In this document: positions 13,554-25,915 of the stretch, in pieces
Layout: the number at the start of each line of letters is the position of its first letter
How positions within the stretch are numbered: position 1 is the first letter of the stretch
NCBI GenBank assembly: GCA_951406725.2
Contig: OX597826.1
Location: 1 to 64,000, forward strand
DNA length: 64,000 bases
Reading direction: 5' to 3'
Source: Octopus vulgaris
Lineage: Eukaryota
Made by a program: the position numbers and the translations under genes
The notes under the pieces: model-generated
Databases searched by the model: none
What the model saw: only the letters and a program-made list of their open reading frames with translations
What the model was told of the DNA's origin: nothing

Positions 13554-14196
13554 CGACATATAAATACACAAACACATACATGTGTGTGTGTGTGTGTATA
13601 TAAAGGTGCAATAAATTGAACTTATTTTGATTTATTATTTAGTGATCTCAAATGTGGGTATCTTACAAATGCTCAAAGTGTTTGTTGTAGTTGTAAGTGT
13701 CGCACACACACAAACAAATAGAAACACTCAGTCGCTCACACACTCGCGCACACAGAAATAAAAACACTCACACACAAACACTGAAATGAAAATACCCACA
13801 CTCACATAAATAAAAACAGTCCCACACACACAAGGAGCCCCAATAGGTCTATCAAAAAAGTTTCTAGTATTTTTCCTAGCCCATAATCTATGATAATTGA
13901 AATTATTACAATAAATAAATACTTACTAAATCAGTACATCGAACATTACGTCCCCGTAACTTATCGGTTCTGCAAAAGAGACCTTTACATTAAGTAATAG
14001 GCATACAAAGAATAATTCCTGGGGTTGATTTGCTTCACTAAAGACGGTGCTCCACCATGTTCACAGTGAAATAACTGAAAGAGTCTAAGAGCGACAAAGT
14101 GTATATTACGATAACTACATACTTAAGGGAGATAACTACAAAGTATCTTCTACAGTTACTTCCCTTGAATATTATAACTTAACAATAAAAAAATAA

Positions 14197-14646
14197 CGTA
14201 AGGGGGATCAGCCATCTGAATGTGGCTTGGGACAGGGCGGGGTGGTGGGGGTGTTACTGATGCTTTTAGCTCCGGGCGATCATCAACGTCACCAGAAGGA
14301 CTGACACCATATAGGTGTCCTCGTTTGCTTGTAAAAGGAGGTTATCCTTCCCCGAAGATACAGATGCTACATACGGACCGGTTTCGAGGTCATTGCCTCT
14401 TATCAACGTATGGTAAGCACCGTTCCTCGATGAAGGATTCCCTCTACAGGCAAAATATATAAGACTTTTCACAGTAACTACAGTCACTGATGTAGAAAAG
14501 CCGTCTGAAAACAATAATAAATCTCTGAACGAGATATAAACAGTAACTGCTCGACAACGTAAGGGGGATCAGCCATCTGAATGTGGCTAGGGACAGGGCG
14601 GGGTGGTGGGGGTGTTACTGATGCTTTTAGCCCCAGGCGATCATCA
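14197..14646 (-). mobile_element. Non-coding retrozyme / Penelope-pLTR-like element A (361-bp monomer plus 92-bp terminal direct repeat)
   Basis: Direct repeat 14195-14286 / 14556-14647 with 3 mismatches; 13-bp TSD AATAAAAAAATAA at 14184-14196 and 14647-14659; absent at the equivalent site of duplicon copies 1 and 2; contains a hammerhead. Confidence 0.82.
14363..14421 (-). ncRNA. Minimal type-I hammerhead ribozyme (U3-A8 core variant)
   Basis: Minus strand reads GGUGC-UUAC-CAUACG UUGAUAA GAGG-CAAUGA-CCUC GAAA CCGG UC^ CGUAUG-UA-GCAUC: perfect stems I and II, palindromic ACCGGU in place of stem III, GUC cleavage triplet. Confidence 0.85.
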
Positions 14647-14931
14647 AATAAAAAAATAATATGCAGGGAAATTAACTCTCGGAAGGGAGATAACTAGATA
14701 ACATCTTCCAGAGTTACTTTCCTTACATATAATTATTTTACTTTTATTAAATTATAATGTGCAAGAGGAAGTAACTCTCAAATATATTATTCAGACATGA
14801 CATAGACTTTTACGATTTTTTGGAGTTTAACTGCTCTCTCTAGTGAGTCGGATGTCCCATTATGGCCATCCCTTATATGTTTAAATATCTATATGTATAT
14901 ACATATATCTGTCAATATATACATATGTGTG

Positions 14932-14994
<63 letters not shown>

Positions 14995-15166
14995 CTATCT
15001 ATATACGACGGGCTACTTTCTGTTTCCGTATACCAAATCTACTCAGAAACGTTGGTCTGTCCGAGGCTATATTGGAAGACACTTGCCCACGGGGCCACGT
15101 AGTTGGACTGAACCAGAAACACCGTTTTTTGAAAGCAAGCTACATACCACAGCCACTCTTACTGCT

Positions 15167-15251
<85 letters not shown>

Positions 15252-15606
15252 CGACAGTCTTCTTTTAGTTTCCGTCTCCCAAATCCACTCACAAGGCTTT
15301 GGTCGTCCCGAGACTATAGTAGAAGACATTTGCCCAGCATGCCACCCAGTGGGACTGAACTCGGAAACATTTGTTAGGTAAGCACTCATGCACATAGATA
15401 CATGCATATACGCAAACTCGTAGCTATTTATGTTTTAAACATGTTGACCTTTAAACCATGACATTCTGTGTCTGTTTGTGCACGCATTTCTGTGAGAATG
15501 ATTGCTCACGAACCGTAAATTTTGGAGTCAATCCGATGGGATGTAGTGGTCTTTAAACCGTTCCAGACAAACAAACAAATAAACTTTTCGCATTTCAGTT
15601 TTATAA

Positions 15607-15658
<52 letters not shown>

Positions 15659-15663
15659 TGCTA

Positions 15664-15833
15664 GGCGTAGGAGCGGCTTTGTGATAAGTAGCTTGCTTAC
15701 GAACTGCAGTGTTCTGGGTTCAGTCCCACTGCGTGGAACCTTGGACAAGTGTCTTCAACTATGGCCTCGGGGTGACCAAAGCCTTGTGAATAGATTTCGT
15801 AGATGGAAACTAAATGAAGCCCATCGTATGTGT

Positions 15834-15888
<55 letters not shown>

Positions 15889-16078
15889 CATATACGTTTG
15901 TATGCCTCTTTATCCATCGAACATCGCTTGACAAATGATGCTGCTGTTTTCACGCACCCGTAACTTAACGGTTCGGCAAAAGAGAATAGGTCCTGGGCTC
16001 TATTTGTTTGACTGAAGGCGGTGCTCCAACATGGCCGCAGTCAAATAACTGAAAGTAGCAAAAGTGAGTGAAAGAGTA
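15664..16078 (+). mobile_element. tRNA-derived octopus-type SINE, full length, diverged
   Basis: A-box-like and B-box (GGTTCAGTCC) head, central (TA)n, 3' tail GGCGGTGCTCCAACATGGCCGCAGTCAAATAACTGAAA. Confidence 0.8.
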
Positions 16079-16169
16079 ATTAGCGAAAACCAGTGTATAT
16101 TCTGTTGTGTCTGGGGATAGTCTTTCTCTTTTAGTGCCTTATTATTAAATACACACTCACTAGTAAAAA

Positions 16170-16603
16170 TTCAAGGGGTGATATTAGTAGAGGCCAGAGC
16201 CCATGGAGAACTAGCCCGTAGATTTAGAAAAGCTCTGAAAGAGAACAAACTCAACATTAAAATTGTTGAAAAGCCAAGGAACTCCGTCAGGTCACAATTA
16301 TGAAGGACATGCCCGTTTAAGAATACCATATGCACAATTGATAACTGCATGGTATGTAGAATTAGCCCTGGTATTAACTGTAGAACTCGAAATGTAGTTT
16401 ACAATATAAGATGCATAGAAAGTGCTTGTAAGGACATGAACATGATGTACATAGAGGAGACGTCTAAGAGCATTGCGGAACGGACAAATGAACATTTAAG
16501 ACAACTTGACGACAGAAAACAGTCTTCTATACTCTACCAACATGCCAAAGACCACCATGGAGATAACTTGGATCAACCTGACATCCGCATCTTATCCAAG
16601 CAC
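16170..16603 (+). pseudogene. Penelope-like element GIY-YIG endonuclease fragment
   Basis: ORF 16349-16633 has NCRTRNVVYNIRC...C...YIEETSKSIAERTNEH...ILYQHAKDHH, the VVY/YIG-type motif with the CCHH pattern of Penelope endonucleases. Confidence 0.78.
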
Positions 16604-17499
16604 CCAGCCCCCATCCCTGCTTTTCAATGCTAAACCCGATATAAAACAGTCATCAACACTATAAATAAACCTGTTCAATCTCTACTCTCCTCATCACCCC
16701 AAATCCCAACCCCTAGTTCAAACTTTGATCTCTTACTTGACTATTCTCTCTAAAAACCCTTCACAAATCCTCAAGCTGACCCTAATATAGACTAAACTCT
16801 GAAAACCAATCCTAACAGCAAACCCACACCAAAATAAGAAAGACCACTTACCTTTGGCCATTTGGGATCTATAATACAAGGCATGATATGCAAACAACAA
16901 GCAAAATATCAACCAACATTTGAAAGTCAAGTTTTATCTATGTGTCGAATCATGAAATACACTTGTTTAATAAATACAGTTGTCCTTACATTTACACAGT
17001 ACATTGCTTCCACAAGTCATCAAACTAATCATTCTCATGCGAAATCAATTGTTTTTATTTATAAATAGAAACAAATTAATTATTGAAATTAATATAAGAA
17101 ATACAATTAACGTGTATGTGTGTCATCATCATTTAACATTCGTTTTTCATGTTGTCATGGGTTGGACTATTTCACACTATCTGAGATGAATTACTACACG
17201 TACCTCTAATGTCTGTTTTCACATGGTTTCTATGTCTGAGAAAAGTTTTGGTAACACTGACACTAGTAAAATTAAAAAGTAAATTTCAAGGATGAGTGGA
17301 CTGCTAGTAGTGAGAGAGGTGGCTTCATCCTAACCTGTAGTATGATAGAGAGACAGGCAGAGGTGTGTCGCTGTAGAGAAAGTACATGGCTACCCTGCAT
17401 ATATGTATGTATACAGGTAGACATCGATTAGAGCGCTTTCTCATTGCTAATATGTTAACATATGCCTGATGTGTGCTTTAAAAATAAAGTGCTTGCACT

Positions 17500-20400
17500 G
17501 GCACTAATTTCTTCAGATGATGAAACTCACGGAGAGGATCATAGCCCAACTAATTAGGAAAAGACTTAATCTAGATGAGATGCAATTTGGTTTTGTATCA
17601 GGAAGAAACACCAGTCATGATATATTTCTGGTAAGAAACCCCAGGAGAAGTACCTAACCAAGTATAAACCTATGTACTTGACTTTTGTTGGTATCATAAT
17701 CATTCAGGTAATAACAGATAAATATAAAACAGGCAGACCCTAGCAACTCCTCTATGCTGATTACAGGATTACAACTAAACACACATATATTACAATTTAT
17801 TACATTACATTCAATTCGCCATATATTATTCATTTTATTATCCATCATCTTTCCCTTCACATTTCAGGTATACTGAAGACCCTTTACTCATTGCTTCAGA
17901 CTGCGTAAAATATTGGTGAAAGCAAACAGTTGTCAGACTTATTTATGACAAAAAGCGAGTCAGTATGACCAACGTACCCTGTCCTGCACCTGATTGTGCC
18001 ATGAGTTGGCCTGTAAACAATCCATGGGAGAGAGTACTGACAAGCCTCATCGATCATCTGCAACAATGACACAGAATGTATGCACCTGCCACCTACAACA
18101 AATACAACCCCCTCCTCCAACTACACTACCATTCCCAGCCACTGAGGAAAAACGTTGTCGCCTGAGGAAGTAGCTGCTACAATACTACAGCTCCAGCACA
18201 TTCAACGTCTGCAACCATCGGCAATTCTCTGACCAACCGATTCGCTTAATGCTAAACCAGTCGCCCACACCAGTCCTGGTTCATTGGCAAGAGGAATTAA
18301 AAGCAGGTCTTGACCGGAATGTTCCACTTGGAGTTATAAAGCCTATTCCCATTGGTACATCTGTCACTTGGTGACAGACAATGGTGGTATGTCCTAACAG
18401 GTCTGGAAAACCATCTTAAAGGAGCATCGAATGGTGCACAGGCACTTAACACTGCCCTATCAGCTATGAGCTGACATTGTACCTTCTTCCACAATTGGGG
18501 AGAATCACTGCCATTGCATTTCCCCATGACAACTGCCGAGCCAAAGTCGGTATTGAGACAATAAAGGGCCTCGTTACAGACAACACTGACACCAATGGCT
18601 TCCTTAACACTGACAGTTTCCAGTGAACAATGCTACAATAAAGAAATACACCTGACTGGGACACACACTTGTCCCCAGCCATGTGCATCTTTGGCAGCCC
18701 TATACAATACTTTATTCCCATCCATCCCGGCAAGTACAAGCTACATTCCACATGGCATGAAACTATGACTTATTGAAAAGAAGACCTGCGTAAACACAAC
18801 ATGAGTGCTATTGAACGGTTGTCAAAACACACATGCTCACTTCTTTCGAACTATATCCTAATCCAGAGCCAAGTTTGACCCAATCCTACAAATGGGGGGA
18901 AAACTGGTGCCATTTAGATGTACGTCATTTCGATCTGTACATGTTGAGAGTGGATGGATCAGGCCAAGTCACACTGTGCAACAAAATTCCTCTGGAAGTA
19001 TCTACTGCTTCTTCCCCATGGCCCACTACTCATGGTGTCTGAACCACCTGCATTCTTCACGCCAACACCAGTGATGAGACTACCTTCTCAACCGACTTTA
19101 ACAGCACCTCATGCAGCTGCAACACCAATGCCCACTTCCCGATTCCAAAATTACCATGACCAGAAATGCATCTCACCGCCTACCCACAGAGCCACGCCAA
19201 CTTACCCCACCTTTACCACAAGTGGTCATACCCCAACACCCCTTGAAACCCCTGCTTTCCAAAAGTGACCCTTGCCTGATACAGTTTATCCTCCATCCAG
19301 CAATTGTCCTGTTTGTCGCTCTGCCAGACTCGCAAAGACTGACACAAAAGCCTGATGCACAACTGACACGTTGCTCCTTGATCGTCACACCGTCAATATT
19401 GATTAAGGGTCTCTTGCACTAATTATTATTTTCGTTAATCATTTAATACATATTATTAGTTTTCTTTGCTTCTCTCAAAGGAATTGGGGAGGGCATAGAG
19501 GATGACAACTGAACACTCATATATTATCATTTATTACATTACATTCAATTAGCCATACATTATTAGTTTCATTATCAAAATATTTTCCTTCACGTTTCAG
19601 GTATACCGAGAACCTTTTTTTTCATTGCTTCAATCAGTGTACATAAAGTGTTTGTGAAAGCAAAGAGTTTTCACACTTATTTACTAATGAGCTGCTTCTT
19701 ATAGCTAAATCACTACCAGAACTAGAGAACAAATTTTGCGTACGGAAGCAAGGTCTAGAATTGAAAGGTCACAGAATTAACCTACCCAACCCTAACCCAA
19801 AGTCTTAGTAAGTAGGAAACCAGATAAATCGTAAAGCCCTTCAGGTACATGGCCATCCTCAATATGAAGGAAACAGGTAGGTAGATGTACTCTGTATAAC
19901 ACATAATAGGTGTAGCAATATGAGAGGAAGGTAAACTGGGAAAATATTTTTTGTATGTGGAAGGTGCATAATGTACAGTAAAAACTAAAAATGCACAGAA
20001 AATGGGCTTCATCAAATGCCAGAGGAGTACGTTAGAGATCGTTGAGTAACAAAGTCAGTAGCAGAAGTGGATGAACCAAGAGTGTGGCTGCAAGAATAAA
20101 AATAGGCTGAGCAAATTCAGAGAGCTCCTTCCTCTGTTTGGTAACTAAGGGTCTCTCCTTCAGAGTGAAAGCCAGATTTATTATACCTGTGCAGACAACT
20201 ATGCTACATGGCAGGAGAAGTAGACATAAGGCATTGGACAAGGTGGTAATGCATGATCTTTGACTGTTGGAACTTATAAAGGCAATGACTAATGACTGAC
20301 ACCTTTCATGACATGCTGTGCCTTAGAAGACAATATATTGTAATTAATTTCCCATCAATTAATTTTTTTCACAACCCCTGCCCTCAACACTCATGGAGTG

Positions 20401-20547
20401 CTTGATGTTAAGAAGGGCATCCAGCCATAGAAACAATGACAAATCAAGACTGGAGTCTGCTGCAGTCCCTCAGCTTACCAGCCCTGATGAAACTGTCCAA
20501 CTCAAGCCAGCATAGATAATGGACATTAAATGATGATGATGATGATG
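17500..20547 (+). mobile_element. Degenerate RTE-clade LINE remnant (17500-17685 and 19684-20547) split by a Gypsy insertion
   Basis: MKLTERIIAQLIRKRLNLDEMQFGFVSGRNT..IFLVR before the LTR; degenerate match to the 58.1-kb RTE ORF and 3' UTR with (TGA)n tail after it. Confidence 0.7.
17686..19683 (+). mobile_element. Internally deleted Gypsy-type LTR retrotransposon relic
   Basis: Diverged LTR pair ~17686-17950 and ~19497-19683; purine tract GGAATTGGGGAGGG before the 3' LTR; RT N-terminal relic PVLVHWQEELKAGLDRNVPLGVIKPIP and integrase C-terminal relic [16 protein letters not shown]...NTPD..THLSPAMCIFG. Confidence 0.75.
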
Positions 20548-21281
20548 ACAATTCTTTTTGTAAAACTTTTGCATTTTATGCTGAACATCTAGTTTAAAGT
20601 TAATTTTATAGATTGAATTTTCATTTCCAGTGAAATCAATTTTAATATTTCAAATTCAAAAATATTTAACAAAATATAATGAGAAACTGAAGCAAGTACT
20701 ACTTCTATATTTGTAAAAACAAAAAGAAACAAATAGAGGAAAATGAGCAAAATTGTGCAAAAGTGAACTAAGAAACAGAATACTGTGTAAGGCAAGAGAC
20801 AACTGTATTTTATGAAAGTACCATATTGCATAAACACAAAAAAAAGAAACTATTGCAGAGGGAATTAAACTGAAACAGATATCAACATGACACACACAAC
20901 CCATGCTAGTATGGATAAAATGATTAGATATTTCTGTCGAGAGAAAATTCAATGACAATCTTATGCAACCAACAATAACCTCAAACTTATCAGATTATTG
21001 TAGATGAGCAACAACTCAAGAAAACCTGTCAAAATACTATGTTCTTACAATGAATTAATTGCAAGTATTTAAGTATGTAGACAACATAATTTCATGTTTT
21101 ATATGCATCAATACATGTGTAAAAATAAGTCTCATACCTACGTTCATTTTTCCATCCTAGCATGAGTTTGAAAAATATAAGATTTGATAGTTGGGTAACG
21201 TTGCCGTAGCTAATGCTAATTTTCTACTAAAGGTTTTCTTTTTTCTTTCAAAGTGCAGTTCTAACAAATGATACATTTGTA

Positions 21282-22493
21282 CACAAACATGACAAAAGTA
21301 AATAGATACCCATTAACACATTGTTTTATGGTTATTATAACTTGAAGAGGTTTATATTTATTTTTATTAATTGACATTTATATGTTTCAGGTTCTATATG
21401 TAACTGTTTAATCATGCCATGTACAAAAGAAACCTTAAAAATGTCCAATTTACAAAGAGGTCATATGCTGCGCCTATTTCAAGGCTGACTTAGCCTAAAA
21501 CCACAGAAAACTTTGTGATTCCACTTTCTACAGTAAATAGAGTAATTTTTCAATTCACTAAACGGGAAAGTAGTCCATATCACCTTACCCAGGTAGACTA
21601 AGGCCCTCTGACAGAACACTTTGCTTTCTTAAGAGAAGTGTGTAAGATAATCCTCATTGCAAGGCCTCCAATATAGCAGAATAAGTTGATGTCAGTCCCA
21701 GAATAGCTGTCAGTTATCTCTGCAAAATTGGCTATTATGGCAGAGCAGCAAGAAAGAAGACACTGCTTCAACCAGCAAATATCAAATGGAGAAAAGATTG
21801 GACAAGTGAGATGGTAGAGAGGTCACTAGCACTTTGGGACACTGTCAAATTCTCTGATGAATCCAGATTTGCTGTATTTTCTGACACTGGTCGAATGTGG
21901 GTCTGGAGAATCAGTCACCAATATTTTCACATGAATATATTGCAGCCAACAATGAAAGATGTGATGGTCTGTAGAGCAGTTTGGAGCAATAGTCAATCAG
22001 AAATGGTGGAGTGTGAGGGATACATAAACTCAGATAAATATGTGTCCATATTATAGAAAAATCTTCTTCCTATAACCTCCAGGGGTAAAATGATTAAATA
22101 ACACTATTTATGGAAGATAGGGCTTTCTTGCACAACTAAAAGACCCAGGATTGGTTGGAAGAGAATGGCATTAAAAAGCTTCCATAGCTAAGCCAATCAC
22201 CAGATATGAACCCTACTGAACACCTCTGAGGCATGATGGATGGGATACTTCCTAAAAAGAAAAAGAAAGCATCCTAAAAGCCAGATCTTTTGATATTACT
22301 GCAAGAAACTTGGCAAGAAAATCATGAAGAGAATATTCATCAGATCAGTAGCATGCCTGCTAGGGTCCTTGCATTCAAAAATGCAAGGAGCCTGTCTACT
22401 AAATATTAGATATTCACATTATAATAATTAATAAATAATTTAAATAAATTTTAACAATTATAAGGATGTCTATTTAATTCTGTCATGTCTATG
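21282..22493 (+). mobile_element. Tc1-family DNA transposon with degenerate transposase
   Basis: Imperfect TIRs (CACAAACATGACAAAAGTAAATAGA / TCTATTTAATTCTGTCATGTCTATG) with TA on both sides; motifs VKFSDESRF, VMVCRAVW and SQSPDMNPTEHL; multiple stops. Confidence 0.85.
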
Positions 22494-22749
22494 TAGTTTT
22501 TGAAGCAAAACACAATGGAAACATTAATATTAAGACCTTTTCAAAAATCTCTCTCAAGCTTTTCATGCACACTAAGATTTTATTGACATTCATTCAAATT
22601 CACTCATTCCAACATGAAACAATTTTTTCCATCAAAAACTTTGTGATGTTTTCACTTTCTCTAATTTGATCTAGATCCTCTAAGTGTCTCTAATGCATTC
22701 ATGCCTTAATTTCAATTTGTTGCCTAGATTTTTCCTCAGGGCCAACTCA

Positions 22750-23200
22750 CCAAACAGAAATTAATGAGAGACATAATTGCCTTTCATCTTGATCACATAA
22801 ATACTCCCACATATTTGGTGCTCAAATACAGCATGCTCCACACTAGGAGATTGACAGTTACCCAGTATATGCAAAAATCGAACACATTTGCAGTACTAAA
22901 CAAGCCATTACTATTGCATTTTCTGGCTTCATGTTTCCCAATTATATCCCAAATTTTTTTATCTCTGCAGATGCTTTCATTGAAATCACCAATTATGAAG
23001 ATTTTATAAGCAGAAAGAACACTGCACAGAAGCTTTTTTCATGAAAGATAAAATATTAGTCTTTTTTTCTCTTCAGAGGAACACATGGTTGGAGGGTAGA
23101 CACTTACTAAGGTAACAAATCTCTTGTTTGACAATGGCAATCTCACTGACATCAAGGTAATCAGTAAATCCAAAGAGTTCATAATCTTAGATGCCAATAT
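22750..23200 (-). pseudogene. Degenerate RTE-type apurinic endonuclease fragment
   Basis: LMSVRLPLSNKRFVTLVSVYPPT...EEKK followed by a GDFN-like motif. Confidence 0.6.
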
Positions 23201-23702
23201 TTCACAAACATTCAATGGTCTGTACTCTCTTGCAGTAGCAAGATGACACATAGGCCCAGGCTGCAATACTGTGGGACACCTTCCAAGCCAGACCTTTCAC
23301 TATCCATTCCATATCCCTTCTTGATATTACTCTAAATTATTTTGATTTTTCAATGAGTATTTTTGCACTTTTTGTCAACAGTTACCTATAACATACATCA
23401 CATAATTGATATGGTGTATACACACACACAAATGCAATAAGGATCATATAGTTCCCATCAACCACTTTTACTAAAAATGCATTTGTTGGTCCCTACCTAT
23501 AGTCGAATACTCTTGCCCAAAATGCCACACAGTAGAACTAGACCCTAAACCATGGTATTGGGAAACAAACATATTTTACATTTGCAAACATATATGTCTT
23601 ATGGAAATTGTTCAATATACACAGAGAAATAGTTGTTCAATTTACAAACAGCTATGGTTAACTAACAGAAAACTTAATTTAACAAAAAAATTATGTACTT
23701 AC

Positions 23703-24094
23703 ATATAGGTGAAGCTTCGCATGTGGCGACTTGTTCAGTAAAATCTACATGTATAAAGAACAGTCTACATGTATAAACTGTTGTGGTGAGAGTCATTGGT
23801 AATCCTATGGGATTGGAAGAATGGACTAGCAAAACTCTTATAATAAAAACTAGCATATTGGTTGAGACAAAGAGAGTCATAAGAGTCATTGGGAGTTCAT
23901 GGAAGTTGTTGACGTTGTTCAGAGTTTGTATTTATTGGAGTATTGTGTTTAGTGGAGTAATCTGAAGTAGGTTGTGTGAAGACAGTTGTGTCTATCCCCG
24001 CTTCGTGAAATTTGCATATCCAACATATAGAAGGATATAAGATAAACAAAAGTCTGCATGTAAACCCATAAGTGTAATCATTCATTTGTTAATC
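23703..24094 (-). other. Putative spliced exon of an unidentified minus-strand transcript
   Basis: Polypyrimidine TTTTCTTTTTTACTTTCAG acceptor at 24095 and GTAAGT donor at 23702 bracket non-repetitive sequence with two short ORFs; no recognisable protein family. Confidence 0.4.
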
Positions 24095-25140
24095 CTGAAA
24101 GTAAAAAAGAAAAACATCATAATTGTAGCGAAAGGAAAATTTTGGCTTTAGTATCAGTTCACTACTCTTTATTTGAAGTGACAAGTAGCAATTCTTTCTG
24201 TAAACCATTTATATTACAGGCAAACATTATGCAAATGGAAACTTTTACATGTCTCAGGAAAGATATAAATGCAAGCAATGTGAGACCAACTTTCATTAAA
24301 ACTACACAAGAAATTCATAAAAATTCATTCACAGATTTTATTCTATTAAACTTAAGATGGTGGAGAGGCACAATTGTTAGAGTGCTGGCAAAATACCTTC
24401 CAATATTTCTACCAGCTCTTTATATTCTAGTTTCAAATCCTGTTGAGGCTAACTTTGTTTCTCTTCCTTTCATCGTTGATAAAAAAAGTGCAAGTCAAGT
24501 AATAAGATCAATTTAATCAATTAACCACTTCCTCTAAAATTTGAGGCATTCCCCTGTTTTACAAACATGACCAATTAATCAAATGACTTGGGAAAAATAA
24601 ATCTGCATGTTAGGAAACAGGATAGCTTTCCTGTCATTCAAATATTCGTGAAATTTACAATATACCATAATTTCAGCAATTCACATAGTCATATTGTAAG
24701 AGAGTTCATCATATTTCACTAAAGATGCATACACTAATATAGAAACTGATATTAATTAAGAAATCTTAACCATAAACAATATTTTTTATGCTATTTCACC
24801 AATGAGCAACTAATAAGGCAGAGTTTAAATCCATGCTTCCTTCACCAGTTTATCATATGGCTCTCAATCCATTCAAGCCTTTATTGCAAAACAGCTCAGT
24901 TTGCTAATTCTTTACAAAGGGCAGTACAGGTGAGAAACATAAAATGGAAAAAATGAGTGATGAGTAGCAATAAAAAAACATAAGCATCTATCTATTTATC
25001 TATATATCTATCGAGCTATCAAGCAGTCTATCTTTCTATGTGTTTGGTAGTTGGTATGTCTATTCTTCTGACTCTATCTATTTCTGTCTATATATTTATC
25101 TATGTTACAATCTGCTTCTCTCTCTCTCTCTCTCTCTCTC

Positions 25141-25187
<47 letters not shown>

Positions 25188-25639
25188 AGAGAGAGAGAGA
25201 GAGCGAGAGAGAGAAAGAGATGTACTTGCATAGCGAGTGGCAAGGTAACAGTCAAGTATACAAATTGAACTGACACATATTACATAAACATACGTTCGCA
25301 AGTACATACACATGTACACACACAGACACGTCTATTTCTCCTAAATACTCACAAGTACATAAGTACATACATACATGCGTATAGGCATGCGCACATACAT
25401 GTACACATATACATACATACATACGTACGTACATATATATCATGAACTAACTGTTACTTTCTCAGATGCAGCACGGAATTTTGTCAGTGAAGTCGCAGTC
25501 TCAAAACAACGAAAATATTTTGACAAATTAAATTTAAATATTAAAGTGAATCTAACGGTTTTTGTGTGTTTCTTAAATGGCTTATAAACACCTTCCATGC
25601 TGCAATTGTTTTCGTTCCAGTACAGCAAAGTTTACCCTT

Positions 25640-25915
25640 ACTAAATCCAAACTCCTGTCAGCTTTCTCTAATTACACCCAAAGGCATAAACAAAAACGAA
25701 CAAAAAATAAGACCCGTGATCTTGACACCAAAATTAAGAAAGGCCATAACAAATTAAAAAATAGAGAGATTGTATGCTTCTCGACTGACAAATCAGTTAG
25801 AATGTCTGTTGACAACTTATCTAATTACATTTCGAACATGCAACCACACATCACAACAATAACAGAAACAACAACACTCGAGTACATTGAAAACGAAAAA
25901 GTCCTTAATGGGGAT
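25640..25915 (+). pseudogene. Probable Penelope-like element N-terminal ORF fragment
   Basis: KGHNKLKNREIVCFSTDKSVRMSVDNLSNYISNM resembles the Penelope (A/T)DK(G/S) motif upstream of the RT. Confidence 0.5.

Larger units (their letters stand above)
13603..15512 (+). repeat. Subtelomeric duplicon copy 3 (partial), interrupted by hammerhead element A
   Basis: Collinear with ~10088-11460 and 11742-11875. Confidence 0.8.
16605..20582 (+). repeat. Segmental duplication copy 1 (paralog at 60009-64000)
   Basis: Near-identical collinear sequence and ORF tracks at ~43.4-kb offset. Confidence 0.95.

Noticed and set aside
14486-14512. Possible plus-strand second hammerhead (CTGATGT AGA..TCT GAAA; related CTGATGTCG at 57499)
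   Set aside because: A9 is missing, stems I and III are not convincing, and the GAAA position is not conserved in element B
18954-19422. Pro/Thr-rich ORFs conserved in both duplication copies
   Set aside because: They lie in the post-integrase tail of the Gypsy relic; conservation reflects recent duplication
20484-20500. CTGATGAAAC hammerhead-like string (also near 63896)
   Set aside because: No stem II between the core boxes; it is part of a degenerate RTE 3' tail
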